DNA of 64,000 bases from Candidatus Kapaibacterium sp. (GCA_026003475.1 BPHJ01000001.1:256545-320544); one strand, 5' to 3'; positions 36,380 through 46,986 are shown, counted from the first letter of the stretch. The notes: a model not told the origin generated them from the letters alone. Program-made: numbers and translations.

Positions 36380-39232
36380 ATGACGCTCAGAATACTTATG
36401 TGTGTGGTTGCTGCATGGAGTGTTGCGATTGGTGCTACTAACGACGGCATCATTACCGGATCGGTCCGCGAGACGGCCTCGGGGGAGCCGTTGCGAGGTG
36501 CAACGATCTTGGTTGATGGGACAAAGCGTGGTGCGATCAGCGATCCCAAAGGCAATTTTACGATCAAGAACATTGCTGCAGGGACCTACGCACTGACAGT
36601 TCGCTACATCGGCTACGAAACCAAGCGTATCGCTGGTGTGGTGGTCGAGCCTGGGAAGACGACGCGCGTGTCGGTGGTTCTCGATCGGGATCGGCAGCTC
36701 GTTGCGCGCGATGTCGTCGTGGAAGCGCGGCGGACCAACGAAACACAAGCGGCACTGCTTGCCCAACGGAAAAACAGTGCACAGGTCACCGATGGAATCA
36801 GCACGGAGGAGATTACCAAACTGCCCGACAACGATGCTGGTCAAGCGCTCCGACGCGTGTCGGGGGTGACGCTGGCAAGTGACAAATTCTTAGTCGTCCG
36901 CGGCACGGGTGACCGCTACAACAATGCGATGCTCAATGGAATTCCGTTGACCTCAACCGAACCGGATAAAAAAGCCTTCAGCTACGATCTGTTCCCCTCC
37001 AGCCTCCTTGAAAGCGCAACGATTACCAAGACGTTCACGCCAGACCTACCGGGCAACTTCACCGGCGGGCTGGTGCAACTGAGCACGATCGAGTTTCCCT
37101 CCCAGTCGTCGCTAAAGGTAAGCTTTTCCTCCTCGATCAACGATAACGCATTTCTGCAGCCGAACCGCTACATCAGTGCTCCAGGAGGGCGATGGGATTG
37201 GCTTGGCTTCGACGACGGAACGCGATCGTCCCTTCCCGCAGGTATGCCCACCGATCGGCGCCAGATGAGCGCATTGCTCAGTGCTGTTCGGAATCCATAC
37301 GACACAACAGGCGCACGCCAGCGTTGGACGCAGCTGAGCAAATCCTTCAATAACCAAAATTGGCAGCAGCGCCAACGAACGCTTGCAATGCCGAATAGCT
37401 CGATTTCACTGGCCTATACCGACGTTGCCAGTATTGCCGGAACCGAGCTCGGAATCGTTGCCAGTTTGGTTTATTCCAATTCCTGGAGTATCTCCACGCT
37501 GGAGCGCAACGGTATTCTCGCCGATCGTTCGACCTGGTTTCGTACCAGTGGCTACAATCCATCCCGCACGACGACACTCGGCGGAATGCTCAGTCTTTCG
37601 CTGCGGGCCAGCCAGTACTCAACGCTGAGCGTGCAAACAGTCTTCAACCACAGTGCCGACGAGGATGTTGTCGTTCTCAACGGGCAGGATTACGTGCGGA
37701 TCTTCGATACCAAGCAGCTTTCGATGCAGTATGTCGAAAAGCGGTTGCTGTCGGTAATGGTGTCGGGAGACCACACATTGCCCATGCTCAGTAATGCAGC
37801 GCTCGATTGGAAGGTTGGATACACCTCGACCGGGCGAGAAGAGCCCGACTTTCGTCGCTTCCGTTTTGCACGTCAGACCCCAAATGACGAGTCCTACGTG
37901 GAGCCCTACGCGTCCGACATCATCAGCTTTACTCCTCTTGGTCAAGGAGACGGCGTTCGAGCAGGACGGTTTTTCTCCCAGCTCGATGAACGTGCCTACA
38001 CTGGAGCATTCAATCTCCAGCTTCCGTTGGGTAGCGTCAAACTCAAAACCGGAATGCTCACCGAGCATCGGCAGCGGCAGTTTACGGCACGGTCGTTTAC
38101 GTACGTCCCCGGTCCAGAATTTTCGCTCGACTACGCAGTCTTTACTCTTCCCGATTCGGTGCAGTGGGCTGATCCATCGGGAATCTTTCGCCCTGAGAAC
38201 TTTGGACCGCAGGGGATCGGCATATCGGAGGATTCACGGCTTGCTGATGCGTACTCAGCGCGTGAACGGCTCTATGCCGGGTACATTATGGCTGACTACT
38301 CGTTCGACCAGCTTGGCCTGCCGCTGCGCATTATCGGCGGTGTGCGCTACGAGGACAACCGTCAGCAGCTAAACAGCTACGACTTGAGCGATCGGCCCGT
38401 TACCGTGGATGTCTATACGCGCGACTGGTTGCCAGCATTGTCGGTCGTGGTGGGCCTGACGCCAACAATGAACCTGCGCTTGGCGGCATCACAGACAGTT
38501 GCGCGCCCATCCCTCCGAGAGTTTGCACCATTCGCGTTCTACGATTTTTCGACGCAATCGCAGGTAATGGGCAATCCGAATTTGACACGCGCACTCATTG
38601 CCAATGGGGATGTGCGGTGGGAGTGGTTCCCATCTCCAGGCGAGGTGCTCTCGGCAGGGGTGTTCGTCAAGCGCTTCCTGCATGCGATTGAAGAGACCAT
38701 CTACCTGGAACAGCAGGAAATTGCCCGAACTTTCCGTAACGCCGAAGGTCCGGCGCTCAACTATGGCGCAGAAATCGAGCTCCGCAAGCGATTGGATGTT
38801 CTGGGATCGTGGGGACAGCATCTGACGCTCTCGCTCAACTATGCACGTATCATTTCGCAAGTGGAGGTGACGCAAGGTGGGCAGCTCGATCGCCGCCCAA
38901 TGTGGGGGCAGTCCCCGTACACATTCAACGCACTACTGACAGCAGCTATTCCAGAGTTGGATGCAACCGTGAGCATTGGCTATAACGTGTTCGGTCGGCG
39001 AATTGTGCTCGTCGGGCTGCGCAATGCCTACCAGTTCGACGATCCACACACGTATGAACTGCCGCGGGATGTGGTGGACCTCACGGTGACCAAAGCTTTC
39101 GGCGCATTCCAAGTGCGACTTTCCATTCGCGACCTGCTCAACCAACCCCTGCGGTGGGAGCAGGGTGGAACGATTGTGCAATCAACTATTCGTGGACGTT
39201 CCCTCGGAATTGGTCTGAGCTATCGGCTCTGA
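36380..39232 (+). CDS. TonB-dependent receptor with N-terminal carboxypeptidase-regulatory-like (CarbopepD_reg) domain
   Basis: GIITGSVRE…GNFTIKNIAAGTYALTVRYIGYET is the CarbopepD_reg domain. Plug domain …LVVRGTGDRYNNAMLNGIPL…. C-terminal beta-barrel ending GIGLSYRL. Confidence 0.85.
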   Translation: MTLRILMCVVAAWSVAIGATNDGIITGSVRETASGEPLRGATILVDGTKRGAISDPKGNFTIKNIAAGTYALTVRYIGYETKRIAGVVVEPGKTTRVSVVLDRDRQLVARDVVVEARRTNETQAALLAQRKNSAQVTDGISTEEITKLPDNDAGQALRRVSGVTLASDKFLVVRGTGDRYNNAMLNGIPLTSTEPDKKAFSYDLFPSSLLESATITKTFTPDLPGNFTGGLVQLSTIEFPSQSSLKVSFSSSINDNAFLQPNRYISAPGGRWDWLGFDDGTRSSLPAGMPTDRRQMSALLSAVRNPYDTTGARQRWTQLSKSFNNQNWQQRQRTLAMPNSSISLAYTDVASIAGTELGIVASLVYSNSWSISTLERNGILADRSTWFRTSGYNPSRTTTLGGMLSLSLRASQYSTLSVQTVFNHSADEDVVVLNGQDYVRIFDTKQLSMQYVEKRLLSVMVSGDHTLPMLSNAALDWKVGYTSTGREEPDFRRFRFARQTPNDESYVEPYASDIISFTPLGQGDGVRAGRFFSQLDERAYTGAFNLQLPLGSVKLKTGMLTEHRQRQFTARSFTYVPGPEFSLDYAVFTLPDSVQWADPSGIFRPENFGPQGIGISEDSRLADAYSARERLYAGYIMADYSFDQLGLPLRIIGGVRYEDNRQQLNSYDLSDRPVTVDVYTRDWLPALSVVVGLTPTMNLRLAASQTVARPSLREFAPFAFYDFSTQSQVMGNPNLTRALIANGDVRWEWFPSPGEVLSAGVFVKRFLHAIEETIYLEQQEIARTFRNAEGPALNYGAEIELRKRLDVLGSWGQHLTLSLNYARIISQVEVTQGGQLDRRPMWGQSPYTFNALLTAAIPELDATVSIGYNVFGRRIVLVGLRNAYQFDDPHTYELPRDVVDLTVTKAFGAFQVRLSIRDLLNQPLRWEQGGTIVQSTIRGRSLGIGLSYRL

Positions 39233-39259
39233 GCTTGTTCAACTATCTTGGTGCGAGTT

Positions 39260-41278
39260 ATGCATCGTTTGCTTGTGTTTGCATGTATTGTCTCGGTGAT
39301 TGCCTCGGCGCAGCAGATCAGCGTCGTCCTGACAAAGCCTGCTGGCGGCGAAACCTTTCGTCCGGGACGCTCTGAAGACTTTGTCTGGGATACCAGTGCC
39401 TACCCTGGCGTGTATCCAACTTGGCGCTTCCAGTTTGCAACCTCACCGACGGGACCGTGGACGGACCTGCCGGGTGCAACAGCCGTCAAAGATTCCGCTT
39501 CGCGTCGTGGCCGTTTTACCGGTGGCTTTCGCGTGCCAGCGGTTGCAACAACCAACGGTTATGTGCGCATGGTGCTCGTCAAGCCCGATGGTACGCTCGA
39601 CGAGACTGTCACCAGCCGGAACCAACAACCCTTTACCATTGTGCAGCCGCAAGCAATACAGCCCGATTCAGTTCTGCGCACGCCAATCACAGGGCGCGTG
39701 CAGCTTTCGGCACGCAAAATCTATGGCCTCGATGGATATGTGTTTGTTGATGATGGTGGTGTGTTGGTCATCGAGCCAGGCACGCGAATCGTTGGCGATA
39801 CGGTAGGCCAAAATTCTGCGTTATGTGTCAATCGCGGGGGCAAAATCATCGCCGAGGGCACGCGCCAGCGTCCCATCGTGATGACCTCGTCGGCACCGCC
39901 AGGGCAGCGTGCACCGGGAGATTGGGGTGGCTTGCTCATTTGCGGCCGAGCACGCACCAATCACCCGGGCGGTCAGGCAGCACTCGAAGGTGGCATCGCC
40001 GATGCAAACCAAGTGCGTGGATGGTTCGGTGGCACCGATGACGATGATTCCAGCGGCGTTGTTCGGTACGTGCGGATTGAATTTGCTGGCATTGCGGCAG
40101 CACCAAACAGCGAACTCAATTCGCTCACGCTCGCGGGAGTTGGGCGCCGAACGGTCATTGAATATGTTCAGTGCAGCTATGGCAACGATGATTCCTTCGA
40201 ATGGTTCGGCGGGAGTGTTGGCGGTCGGTATTTGATTTCGACTGGCGGCCTCGACGATGACTTCGACACGGACAACGGTTGGAGTGGGCGTGTGCAATTT
40301 GGTCTTGCCCACCGATTCCGAGCGCGCGCGGATCAATCCATCTCCCAAGCCTTCGAATCCGACAACGACGCCAGTGGATCGTTCAATCAGCCCCTCACCA
40401 GCGGGGTCTTCAGCAACATGACCTTGATCGGTCCGGTGCAGGATACTGCCTGGACGCCAGGCACCGGTACATCACCGAACTCATACAACACCCGATTTGG
40501 TGCTGCTGCCCAGATTCGACGGAATTCGCGTTTGAGCATCATCAACAGTGTCTTCATCGGATGGCCGCGCGGAGTTGAAATTGCTGGCAGCAACACCATG
40601 CTTGCTGCTGCTGGTGATTCGCTGCTGGTTCGGAACAACTCGTTCTATGGCATCAAGGGAACACTGCTCAACTTTGCTGGAGGAAATCCTCCCCAGGGCA
40701 TGACAACCTCGTGGATCGAGCAACCGCAGTTTGCGAACATCTTCGACAAACGCTCACCGGATTTAGCACTGCTGACCAATCCGTTCGCGACCGATCCGAG
40801 CTTCAATCCACAGCCGATGGCAAACTCACCACTGGCATCGCAGCAAACAAGCTACACAAGCACGGCACTGGTTGACTTGAGTGGATTTGTTCAAGTCAAC
40901 TATCGAGGCGCGTTTGCACCATATCCAACCGAGCGATGGGATTTGCCCTGGGCGGAATATGATCCGGTCAACGCCGACTACACCCTCTCGGTTCGCAATG
41001 CCGATGCAGAGCCACAACTGTTGCTGCAGGTGCTCCCCAATCCAGTGAGTGCGTCTGCAGTGCTTCGGTACACGCTACCTACAGACGACGTGGTCACACT
41101 GCGAGTGACCGATCTTGCTGGCCGTGAAGTTGTGCGCTACCTGGTTTCGCTTCCGCAGCACGCCAGTGTGTACGAAGTTCCGTTCACCTCCGAATGGCTT
41201 CCCAGTGGGACGTACCTGGTGCAGCTTATCACGCAGCGCAGTGGGAGTGTTGGCGCGCCGGTCATAGTTGTGCATTGA
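39260..41278 (+). CDS. Secreted beta-helix-like protein with T9SS C-terminal sorting domain, downstream of the TonB-dependent receptor
   Basis: Signal peptide MHRLLVFACIVSVIASAQQ. Asp-rich segments GTDDDDSSGV and GGLDDDFDTDNGWSG. C-terminal LPNPVSASAVLRYTLPTDDVVTLRVTDLAGREVV…SGTYLVQLITQRSG is a CTD. Confidence 0.5.
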   Translation: MHRLLVFACIVSVIASAQQISVVLTKPAGGETFRPGRSEDFVWDTSAYPGVYPTWRFQFATSPTGPWTDLPGATAVKDSASRRGRFTGGFRVPAVATTNGYVRMVLVKPDGTLDETVTSRNQQPFTIVQPQAIQPDSVLRTPITGRVQLSARKIYGLDGYVFVDDGGVLVIEPGTRIVGDTVGQNSALCVNRGGKIIAEGTRQRPIVMTSSAPPGQRAPGDWGGLLICGRARTNHPGGQAALEGGIADANQVRGWFGGTDDDDSSGVVRYVRIEFAGIAAAPNSELNSLTLAGVGRRTVIEYVQCSYGNDDSFEWFGGSVGGRYLISTGGLDDDFDTDNGWSGRVQFGLAHRFRARADQSISQAFESDNDASGSFNQPLTSGVFSNMTLIGPVQDTAWTPGTGTSPNSYNTRFGAAAQIRRNSRLSIINSVFIGWPRGVEIAGSNTMLAAAGDSLLVRNNSFYGIKGTLLNFAGGNPPQGMTTSWIEQPQFANIFDKRSPDLALLTNPFATDPSFNPQPMANSPLASQQTSYTSTALVDLSGFVQVNYRGAFAPYPTERWDLPWAEYDPVNADYTLSVRNADAEPQLLLQVLPNPVSASAVLRYTLPTDDVVTLRVTDLAGREVVRYLVSLPQHASVYEVPFTSEWLPSGTYLVQLITQRSGSVGAPVIVVH

Positions 41279-41336
41279 TCAGGCATCACGGTTTGAGACA
41301 ATCTCCGCCGTGCGGAGAACCACACACACGCAGCAG

Positions 41337-41370
41337 GGCGCTTCCGGTGGGGAGCGCCTTGTTGGCTTTG
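41337..41370 (+). terminator. Possible terminator hairpin
   Basis: GGCGC(T)TCC-GGTGG-GGAGCGCC followed by TTGTTGGCTTTG. Confidence 0.3.
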
Positions 41371-41452
41371 ATGCGAAACCATCGGTACTGGTACTGTGTT
41401 ACTGTCGTGAGCTGGTATTTTTACATCCGTCTGCTCCATGATGGAGGCTGTA

Positions 41453-44416
41453 ATGAAAAGAGTGCTTCTTCTCATAGTTCTTGCGGTGGCGCTGGCAGCG
41501 CAAGAAGTCCCCGACAGCAAAGGGAGAGATTTTTGGTTCTGCTTCATGCCGAATTACCACAACGACGGGATGAACAGTAGCAATGCACGTCAGAGAGACT
41601 CACTCTACATTTACATCGCTGCTGACGAGCCAACAAATGTTCGGCTGGAGTTTACTCCCTACGATGGCCGGCCGCCGCAGGTTATCAATGCACGGATTGA
41701 CAATCCAGCCCAGATGCTTACCATCCCCCTGTCGTATGCTGGAGTCGAGCTCATCGGGGTAAACATGGGTGCCGGAGATGTTTCGATGCCATGGGAGCGT
41801 CACACGCAGCGCCCTGTTCGGTACACCTTCCACCTCGTCAGTGATCACGATGTGACGGTGTACGCGCTCAACCGAGCCGAAACGACCAGTGATGCATTCT
41901 TGGTGTTGCCAACCGATGCGCTCGGGAGAGACTACTATGTTATGAGCTACAACACCGATGCCTATCCTAACGGAGACAACACACCCTCTCAGTTTGCAGT
42001 TGTTGCGACGGAGGATTCGACCGTTGTCGAATTTGTGCGCGTTACCTCGCCGACCACCGATGGACCCATCAGTCGCATTCTGCTCAATCGTGGTGAAGCA
42101 TACCTTGTTCAATCAAGGACGACCAGTGAGCAGTACGACCTGACGGGAACGCGGATCAAGTCGAACCGTCCGATTGCAGTCTTCGGCGGGCATCAGCGAG
42201 CACGGGTACCGCTGTCAACACGAGAATACATGGCTTCCCGCGATTGCTTGATTGAACAAATTCCTCCGTCTGCAACATGGGGACGCTCAGCTTTTCTGGT
42301 GCCATACATGAATCCAGATGATGGGAGCGATCCAGAGGGCGGCCAAGGTGATCGGTACCGCATCCTCGCAGCACGCGACAGCACGGTGATCTACATTGAT
42401 AGCATACCGATTGTGACGCTCAATGCTGGTCAGTACTACGAAGGACCGCTTTCATCGGCGCATACTGTCCATGCAAATCGCCCCATTCTGGTTGCGCAGT
42501 TTCGGGAGACCTCAACGCCTCTACCGGGCAGTATTCTGCTCGTTGGCGATCCTTTCATGATGATCATGCCACCGGCAGAGCAGTTCATGTCGGGATACCG
42601 CTTCATCTGTCCGCTATCCTACCAGCGCTCGGTCAACGAGCCCCGCGGCAGGATTGAAGAAGTGTACCTGTACCACTACGTCACTATTGTCGTGCACGAT
42701 ACCGCCAAGGCATCGCTCGTGCTCGATGGCAGACCGGTGACGACAACATTTTGGCCAATACCCAAAAGCAAGTACGTCTATACGCAAGTCCGCCTCGAAG
42801 CTGGTGTGCACACAGTCTCGGCCAATGCTCCCATCGGCATTTCGGTGTACGGGTACGGCTATGCTGATTCCTACGGCTACGTTGGTGGCATGAGTTTCCG
42901 GCGATACGATTTCGAGCCGCCGAAAATTTCGTCGCTGCCACAATGTCCACCTTACCGCTTGGTTGTCTACGACACGTTGCCCAGCGATAGCCGTGTGGAC
43001 GTCGTGCGCATCATCGAGGATTCGACCGAGAACGTTGTCTGGGAAATTGTCCGACAAACGATGCTCCCACAAGATTCGGTTGAAGTACGGATTGCACTCC
43101 GCGATCCCTATTCTGATGGGGTGATTACGATTGTTGCCCAGGATGCCGAACAGTTTATCACCCGCGCCAGAGTGCCCATTCCTGGCATGACACTCCGCGT
43201 GGTTGACAGCGATGGCACCACCAACCGATTCCCGCGTGTGTATTCGTTCGTGAGCGCAACCCAGCGCAACTCTTGCTTTCGAGTGCCGATCACGAATGTG
43301 GGGAACTATCCGCAGACTATTCTTCGGGCTTGGTGCCGCATTGGCGACGTTGTTGCCCAGATACAGCCCCCGTTGACGGTTGTGCCAAGGGATACAGCCG
43401 AATTCCAGGTCTGCTACCGTACCACACGTCCAGCCACCATTGCCGATACCCTCTGGCTGGAAACTCCCTGCGGACAATATGCCGCTGCGATCTTCCACGT
43501 TGAGTTTATCTACGACACACTCCCACCGCGAATCCTCCGGAATCGTCAGCCCTGCCCATCAGTGGACATCATCACCGCCCAAGAGCACGGCTATTCGCAG
43601 ACGGGCATTGCTGGGGTTACGGTGCTCGATTCGTTCAATATTGTGTTGACGGTCGCTTCGTCGCCGGAAAACATTGCCCTTGCAGAAGAGCAGACCATTC
43701 GTGTTGCGCAGCGTGACTGGCGGCTCGATGGTTGGTACACGATCGAAGTCGCTGACTCGGTGGGGAATCGCTCGCTCGTGGAGGGCGTTTTCCTGGGGCA
43801 TACGGTCATGATTGCCAATCGCGATTCGCTCGAGGCGCGCCAATCCTTTGTCGGCAGAAGCAACCAGTTTCTGTGCGACACCATCGAGCTCTACAACTTC
43901 GGACGGTTTCCGAAGACCTTTGAGCGGTTAGTCAGTCGAGGCGTTGAGATGGCTGTTCCGCCAGCGTTTGTGCCGCTGATGCTTGGTCCGGGTGAGCGGG
44001 TACGTGTACCGGTTTGCGCGTTGATGCCGTTTTATAGCGCAGGTACTGCCAACATCTATCGCGATACGCTGGAACTGCTGGTTGGTTGCTACCGCCGTGC
44101 TCTGCCGGTTGAGGTGCACGTGCTTGCTACCGCGTACGCTGCGGAAAGCTCCTGCGGCGTCCTGGTCAGCAGCGGTGGCGATACGACGACGGTTCGCCTG
44201 GAGCAGCAGGGAAGCAGTGTTCGCGCCGATCTTGGTGTTGCTGCCGATTGGCAGGGTGCACTCTATTCGATGGCCGGGCAATGCATGATGAACTTTCGCC
44301 AGCAAGGGACGGTGCTCTCCTTCGATCTTGGCGCAGTCCCAGCAGGAGCATATTGGCTGGTGGTGCACAGCACTGTTGGGCTTGTGCGTGTGCCAATCCT
44401 TTGGACTGGTCAGTAA
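41453..44416 (+). CDS. Large secreted protein with IgGFc-binding-protein-N-terminal-like domain and T9SS C-terminal sorting domain
   Basis: Signal peptide MKRVLLLIVLAVALAAQ. Motif GRDFWFCFMPN. Paralogous over ~450 aa to the 31199..33616 protein. C-terminal …LYSMAGQCMMNFRQQGTVLSFDLGAVPAGAYWLVVHSTVGLVRVPI is CTD-like. Confidence 0.55.
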   Translation: MKRVLLLIVLAVALAAQEVPDSKGRDFWFCFMPNYHNDGMNSSNARQRDSLYIYIAADEPTNVRLEFTPYDGRPPQVINARIDNPAQMLTIPLSYAGVELIGVNMGAGDVSMPWERHTQRPVRYTFHLVSDHDVTVYALNRAETTSDAFLVLPTDALGRDYYVMSYNTDAYPNGDNTPSQFAVVATEDSTVVEFVRVTSPTTDGPISRILLNRGEAYLVQSRTTSEQYDLTGTRIKSNRPIAVFGGHQRARVPLSTREYMASRDCLIEQIPPSATWGRSAFLVPYMNPDDGSDPEGGQGDRYRILAARDSTVIYIDSIPIVTLNAGQYYEGPLSSAHTVHANRPILVAQFRETSTPLPGSILLVGDPFMMIMPPAEQFMSGYRFICPLSYQRSVNEPRGRIEEVYLYHYVTIVVHDTAKASLVLDGRPVTTTFWPIPKSKYVYTQVRLEAGVHTVSANAPIGISVYGYGYADSYGYVGGMSFRRYDFEPPKISSLPQCPPYRLVVYDTLPSDSRVDVVRIIEDSTENVVWEIVRQTMLPQDSVEVRIALRDPYSDGVITIVAQDAEQFITRARVPIPGMTLRVVDSDGTTNRFPRVYSFVSATQRNSCFRVPITNVGNYPQTILRAWCRIGDVVAQIQPPLTVVPRDTAEFQVCYRTTRPATIADTLWLETPCGQYAAAIFHVEFIYDTLPPRILRNRQPCPSVDIITAQEHGYSQTGIAGVTVLDSFNIVLTVASSPENIALAEEQTIRVAQRDWRLDGWYTIEVADSVGNRSLVEGVFLGHTVMIANRDSLEARQSFVGRSNQFLCDTIELYNFGRFPKTFERLVSRGVEMAVPPAFVPLMLGPGERVRVPVCALMPFYSAGTANIYRDTLELLVGCYRRALPVEVHVLATAYAAESSCGVLVSSGGDTTTVRLEQQGSSVRADLGVAADWQGALYSMAGQCMMNFRQQGTVLSFDLGAVPAGAYWLVVHSTVGLVRVPILWTGQ

Positions 44417-44452
44417 TTTTGCTTCCAGGTTGAACGATTTCTGGCTACTGCC

Positions 44453-45118
44453 ATGCAACTGTTCGTTGATTCTGCCAACATCGCTGAAATCCGGCATGCT
44501 GCCGAGCTGGGTATCATCACGGGAGTGACGACAAATCCCAGCCTTCTTGCCAAAGAAGACCCAACGCAGCCAGTGGAGAAAATCATTGCAACGATTTACG
44601 ACATCGTCGGCGGGCATCTATCGGTCGAGGTTGTTTCGACAGATACCGATGGAATGATCCGCGAAGCTGAAGAAATTCTCTCCTGGCTCCCGGAGGCAAC
44701 AATCAAAATCCCGATGATCCCAACCGGGCTTGCTGCTGTCCGTGAATTGAGTCGCCGGGAAATTCCGACCAACGTTACGCTGGTGTTTTCTCCGACGCAA
44801 GCACTGGCAGCGGCAAATGCGGGTGCAACCTACGTGAGCATCTTTCTTGGACGGCTCGATGACGTCGGGCACGATGGGATTGGTGTCCTCCGCCAGGTCA
44901 TGGAAATTTGGGACGTCCAGGGTATCGAAAGCGAGATCATTGCTGCATCGGTGCGCCATCCAATGCACATTGTCGAGGCAGCACGGGCTGGGGCACACAT
45001 TGCGACGGTGCCATACAAAGTGCTCATGCAATCGCTCAAGCATCCGCTCACGGATGCAGGGCTGGAGGCATTCCTCCGCGACGCTGCAAAACGCCGCCAG
45101 CAAACGCTGAGTGTCTGA
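44453..45118 (+). CDS. tal: Transaldolase, short (~220 aa) TalC/MipB/FSA-type
   Basis: Near-collinear match to B. subtilis Tal: MQLFVDSANIAEIR…GVTTNPSL…IKIPM…TNVTLVFS…GATYVSIFLGRLDD…IIAASVRHP. Confidence 0.85.
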   Translation: MQLFVDSANIAEIRHAAELGIITGVTTNPSLLAKEDPTQPVEKIIATIYDIVGGHLSVEVVSTDTDGMIREAEEILSWLPEATIKIPMIPTGLAAVRELSRREIPTNVTLVFSPTQALAAANAGATYVSIFLGRLDDVGHDGIGVLRQVMEIWDVQGIESEIIAASVRHPMHIVEAARAGAHIATVPYKVLMQSLKHPLTDAGLEAFLRDAAKRRQQTLSV

Positions 45119-45594
45119 TGGTTGTTCTCGTTGCGCTGCTGGTACATGCTGCCATTGCTGCAGCGGAGCAGTCCACGCTTGTATTCGCGCTCGAGGATCA
45201 GTGGGGGAAGACATGGTCTTCATCCTCGCTGCGCGGCAAACCGTACGTGCTCGTGCTTGCCGATCGCGATGGTGCCGAGGCAGCAGTAACATGGGGCGAA
45301 CAACTCGGTAAGCGATTGAAGGACACCGTGCGAGTACTCGGCTGTGCGCATCTGGATGGGGTGCCATCATTTGTTCGATGGCTTGTGCGGAGCAGCATAC
45401 GCAGTCGTGTGCAAGACGCACCGCTACTGCTGGATTGGGATGGGGAGCTTTGCCGGACCGTCCGATGCGTCGCCCGCGTGCCAACAGTTCTGGTGGTGGG
45501 ACCAGACGGGCAAATCCGCTTCCGGTACGAGGGACTGCCCCACGGAAATGCAATCGAACAAGTGATCGCCGCTGTTTATCCATTCATGCGTTGA
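45118..45594 (+). CDS. Hypothetical secreted protein, thioredoxin-fold-like without CxxC
   Basis: ATG overlaps the tal stop. Hydrophobic N-terminus MVVLVALLVHAAIAAA. Weak TlpA/redoxin-like layout (…KPYVLVLADRDG…). Confidence 0.35.
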   Translation: MVVLVALLVHAAIAAAEQSTLVFALEDQWGKTWSSSSLRGKPYVLVLADRDGAEAAVTWGEQLGKRLKDTVRVLGCAHLDGVPSFVRWLVRSSIRSRVQDAPLLLDWDGELCRTVRCVARVPTVLVVGPDGQIRFRYEGLPHGNAIEQVIAAVYPFMR

Positions 45595-45598
45595 TGGT

Positions 45599-46249
45599 AT
45601 GAAGCAAGCCCAGTACCTCATCTACAGTGACGGTGCATGCATTGGCAACCCCGGACCGGGAGGCTGGGCTGCAATTATTCGTGAGCCGGATGGTACCGAG
45701 CGGGTGCTTACCGGCAGCGCCACGCAGACAACCAATAGCCGCATGGAATTACGTGCAGCCTTGGAAGCGTTGCGCAGCGTGCCCGAAGGCAAGCATGTGC
45801 ATGTTCTCCTGCGCACCGATTCTCGGTACTTGGCCGACGCGATCGGCAAGGGATGGGCGCTCCGATGGCGCCAGCAAGGATGGCGACGCAATCGCTATGA
45901 ACGTGCCGAGAACGTGGACCTCTGGGAGCAACTTCTGGCCGAACTCGACCGCCGCACCGTCCAAACCGAATGGGTGAAAGCACACAATGGGGACCCACTC
46001 AACGAGCGCTGCGACGCACTTGCGCGCAAGAGTGCTGAGCATGCAACGGGAACAGATGAAGGCTACCTCCAACGCACAACGCTCCCTCGGCAGGAGCAAA
46101 GCGTGTCCTCCATAGGCGCGGCGGTGCAGTGCACCCAGCTCCTCGATGGACGCATTGCGATTAGCGATGGAACTGCGACCGTGACAGTTGACCGAGCCGA
46201 TATCCCGACGCTAGTTAGTCAACTTGTACGCATGCTCGAAAACCGATGA
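45599..46249 (+). CDS. rnhA: Ribonuclease HI with ~70-aa C-terminal extension
   Basis: YSDGACIGNPGPGGWAAII, TTNSRMELRAALEAL, RTDSRYLADAI…WVKAHNGDPLNERCDALA carry the catalytic DEDD residues. 216 aa versus ~150 typical. Confidence 0.85.
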   Translation: MKQAQYLIYSDGACIGNPGPGGWAAIIREPDGTERVLTGSATQTTNSRMELRAALEALRSVPEGKHVHVLLRTDSRYLADAIGKGWALRWRQQGWRRNRYERAENVDLWEQLLAELDRRTVQTEWVKAHNGDPLNERCDALARKSAEHATGTDEGYLQRTTLPRQEQSVSSIGAAVQCTQLLDGRIAISDGTATVTVDRADIPTLVSQLVRMLENR

Positions 46250-46986
46250 GGTGGACAATTATCGCACTGCCCGTATTGACATCAGCGCAGACGCTCTCCA
46301 TCTTCATTGCCGATACGTTGCCTTCGGCATTGCAGCGCTGGCAAGATAGCTCCTGGCGTATCACCATTGCATCACCTGTTCCGATTGCAGTGCGGATGCT
46401 TCCCTGCATCGAGGGGGAGCAGTTTCGGCTCTGTGCTCGGTTCGCCCAACAACCGGTTATTGTTGTCGAGGGATCGGTGAGTTTTCCGTTATCGGCTGTG
46501 CTTGCCGAGCTGCTGCTAACAGCCGAGCCGCTCTATCGGCGCAACCTGCTTCCTGCTGGTCGGTATCGTTTCTGTGTCGAGGTGGTTGAGCCTACCGATT
46601 CGCTGCACCGGTTAGAACGGCAGTGCAGAGAATTCACCGTTGTTGGCATACCACCGATTGAGCTGCTCAGCATCCCAACAACGATCCATCACAACAGCTC
46701 GGAATTGGTTCGCTTTGCATGGCAAGCATCGGCGCCTGTGGGGAATGATGTTCGCTTCGAGTTACGTGTTGTCGAACAAGCCGAGGGACAGAGCGCCTGG
46801 CATGCTCTCATGACTGCTCGCCCCGTCACACAGTGCCAGCGTGCTGGTGGCGGCAGCACCATGTGGGAGTGCTCACTGGCGCCGACAGTATTCCGTCCCG
46901 GCAATCGTTACCTCTGGGGTATCACGGTCCAGCACGAGGGGCAGCTCGAGCTCATTTCACCGATCGCGGAGTTTAGCGTTGAATAG
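46246..46986 (+). CDS. Hypothetical secreted protein (two Ig/FN3-like halves)
   Basis: ATGA overlap with rnhA. N-terminal MRWTIIALPVLTSAQT. No recognisable motif. Confidence 0.4.
   Translation: MRWTIIALPVLTSAQTLSIFIADTLPSALQRWQDSSWRITIASPVPIAVRMLPCIEGEQFRLCARFAQQPVIVVEGSVSFPLSAVLAELLLTAEPLYRRNLLPAGRYRFCVEVVEPTDSLHRLERQCREFTVVGIPPIELLSIPTTIHHNSSELVRFAWQASAPVGNDVRFELRVVEQAEGQSAWHALMTARPVTQCQRAGGGSTMWECSLAPTVFRPGNRYLWGITVQHEGQLELISPIAEFSVE

Noticed and set aside
36176-36844. 222-aa minus ORF overlapping the TonB-dependent receptor N-terminus
   Set aside because: Overlaps the well-supported CarbopepD_reg/plug region of the receptor. Composition is spurious.
44618-45583. 321-aa ORF antisense to transaldolase and the thioredoxin-like gene
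   Set aside because: Transaldolase aligns residue-by-residue with B. subtilis Tal on the + strand.
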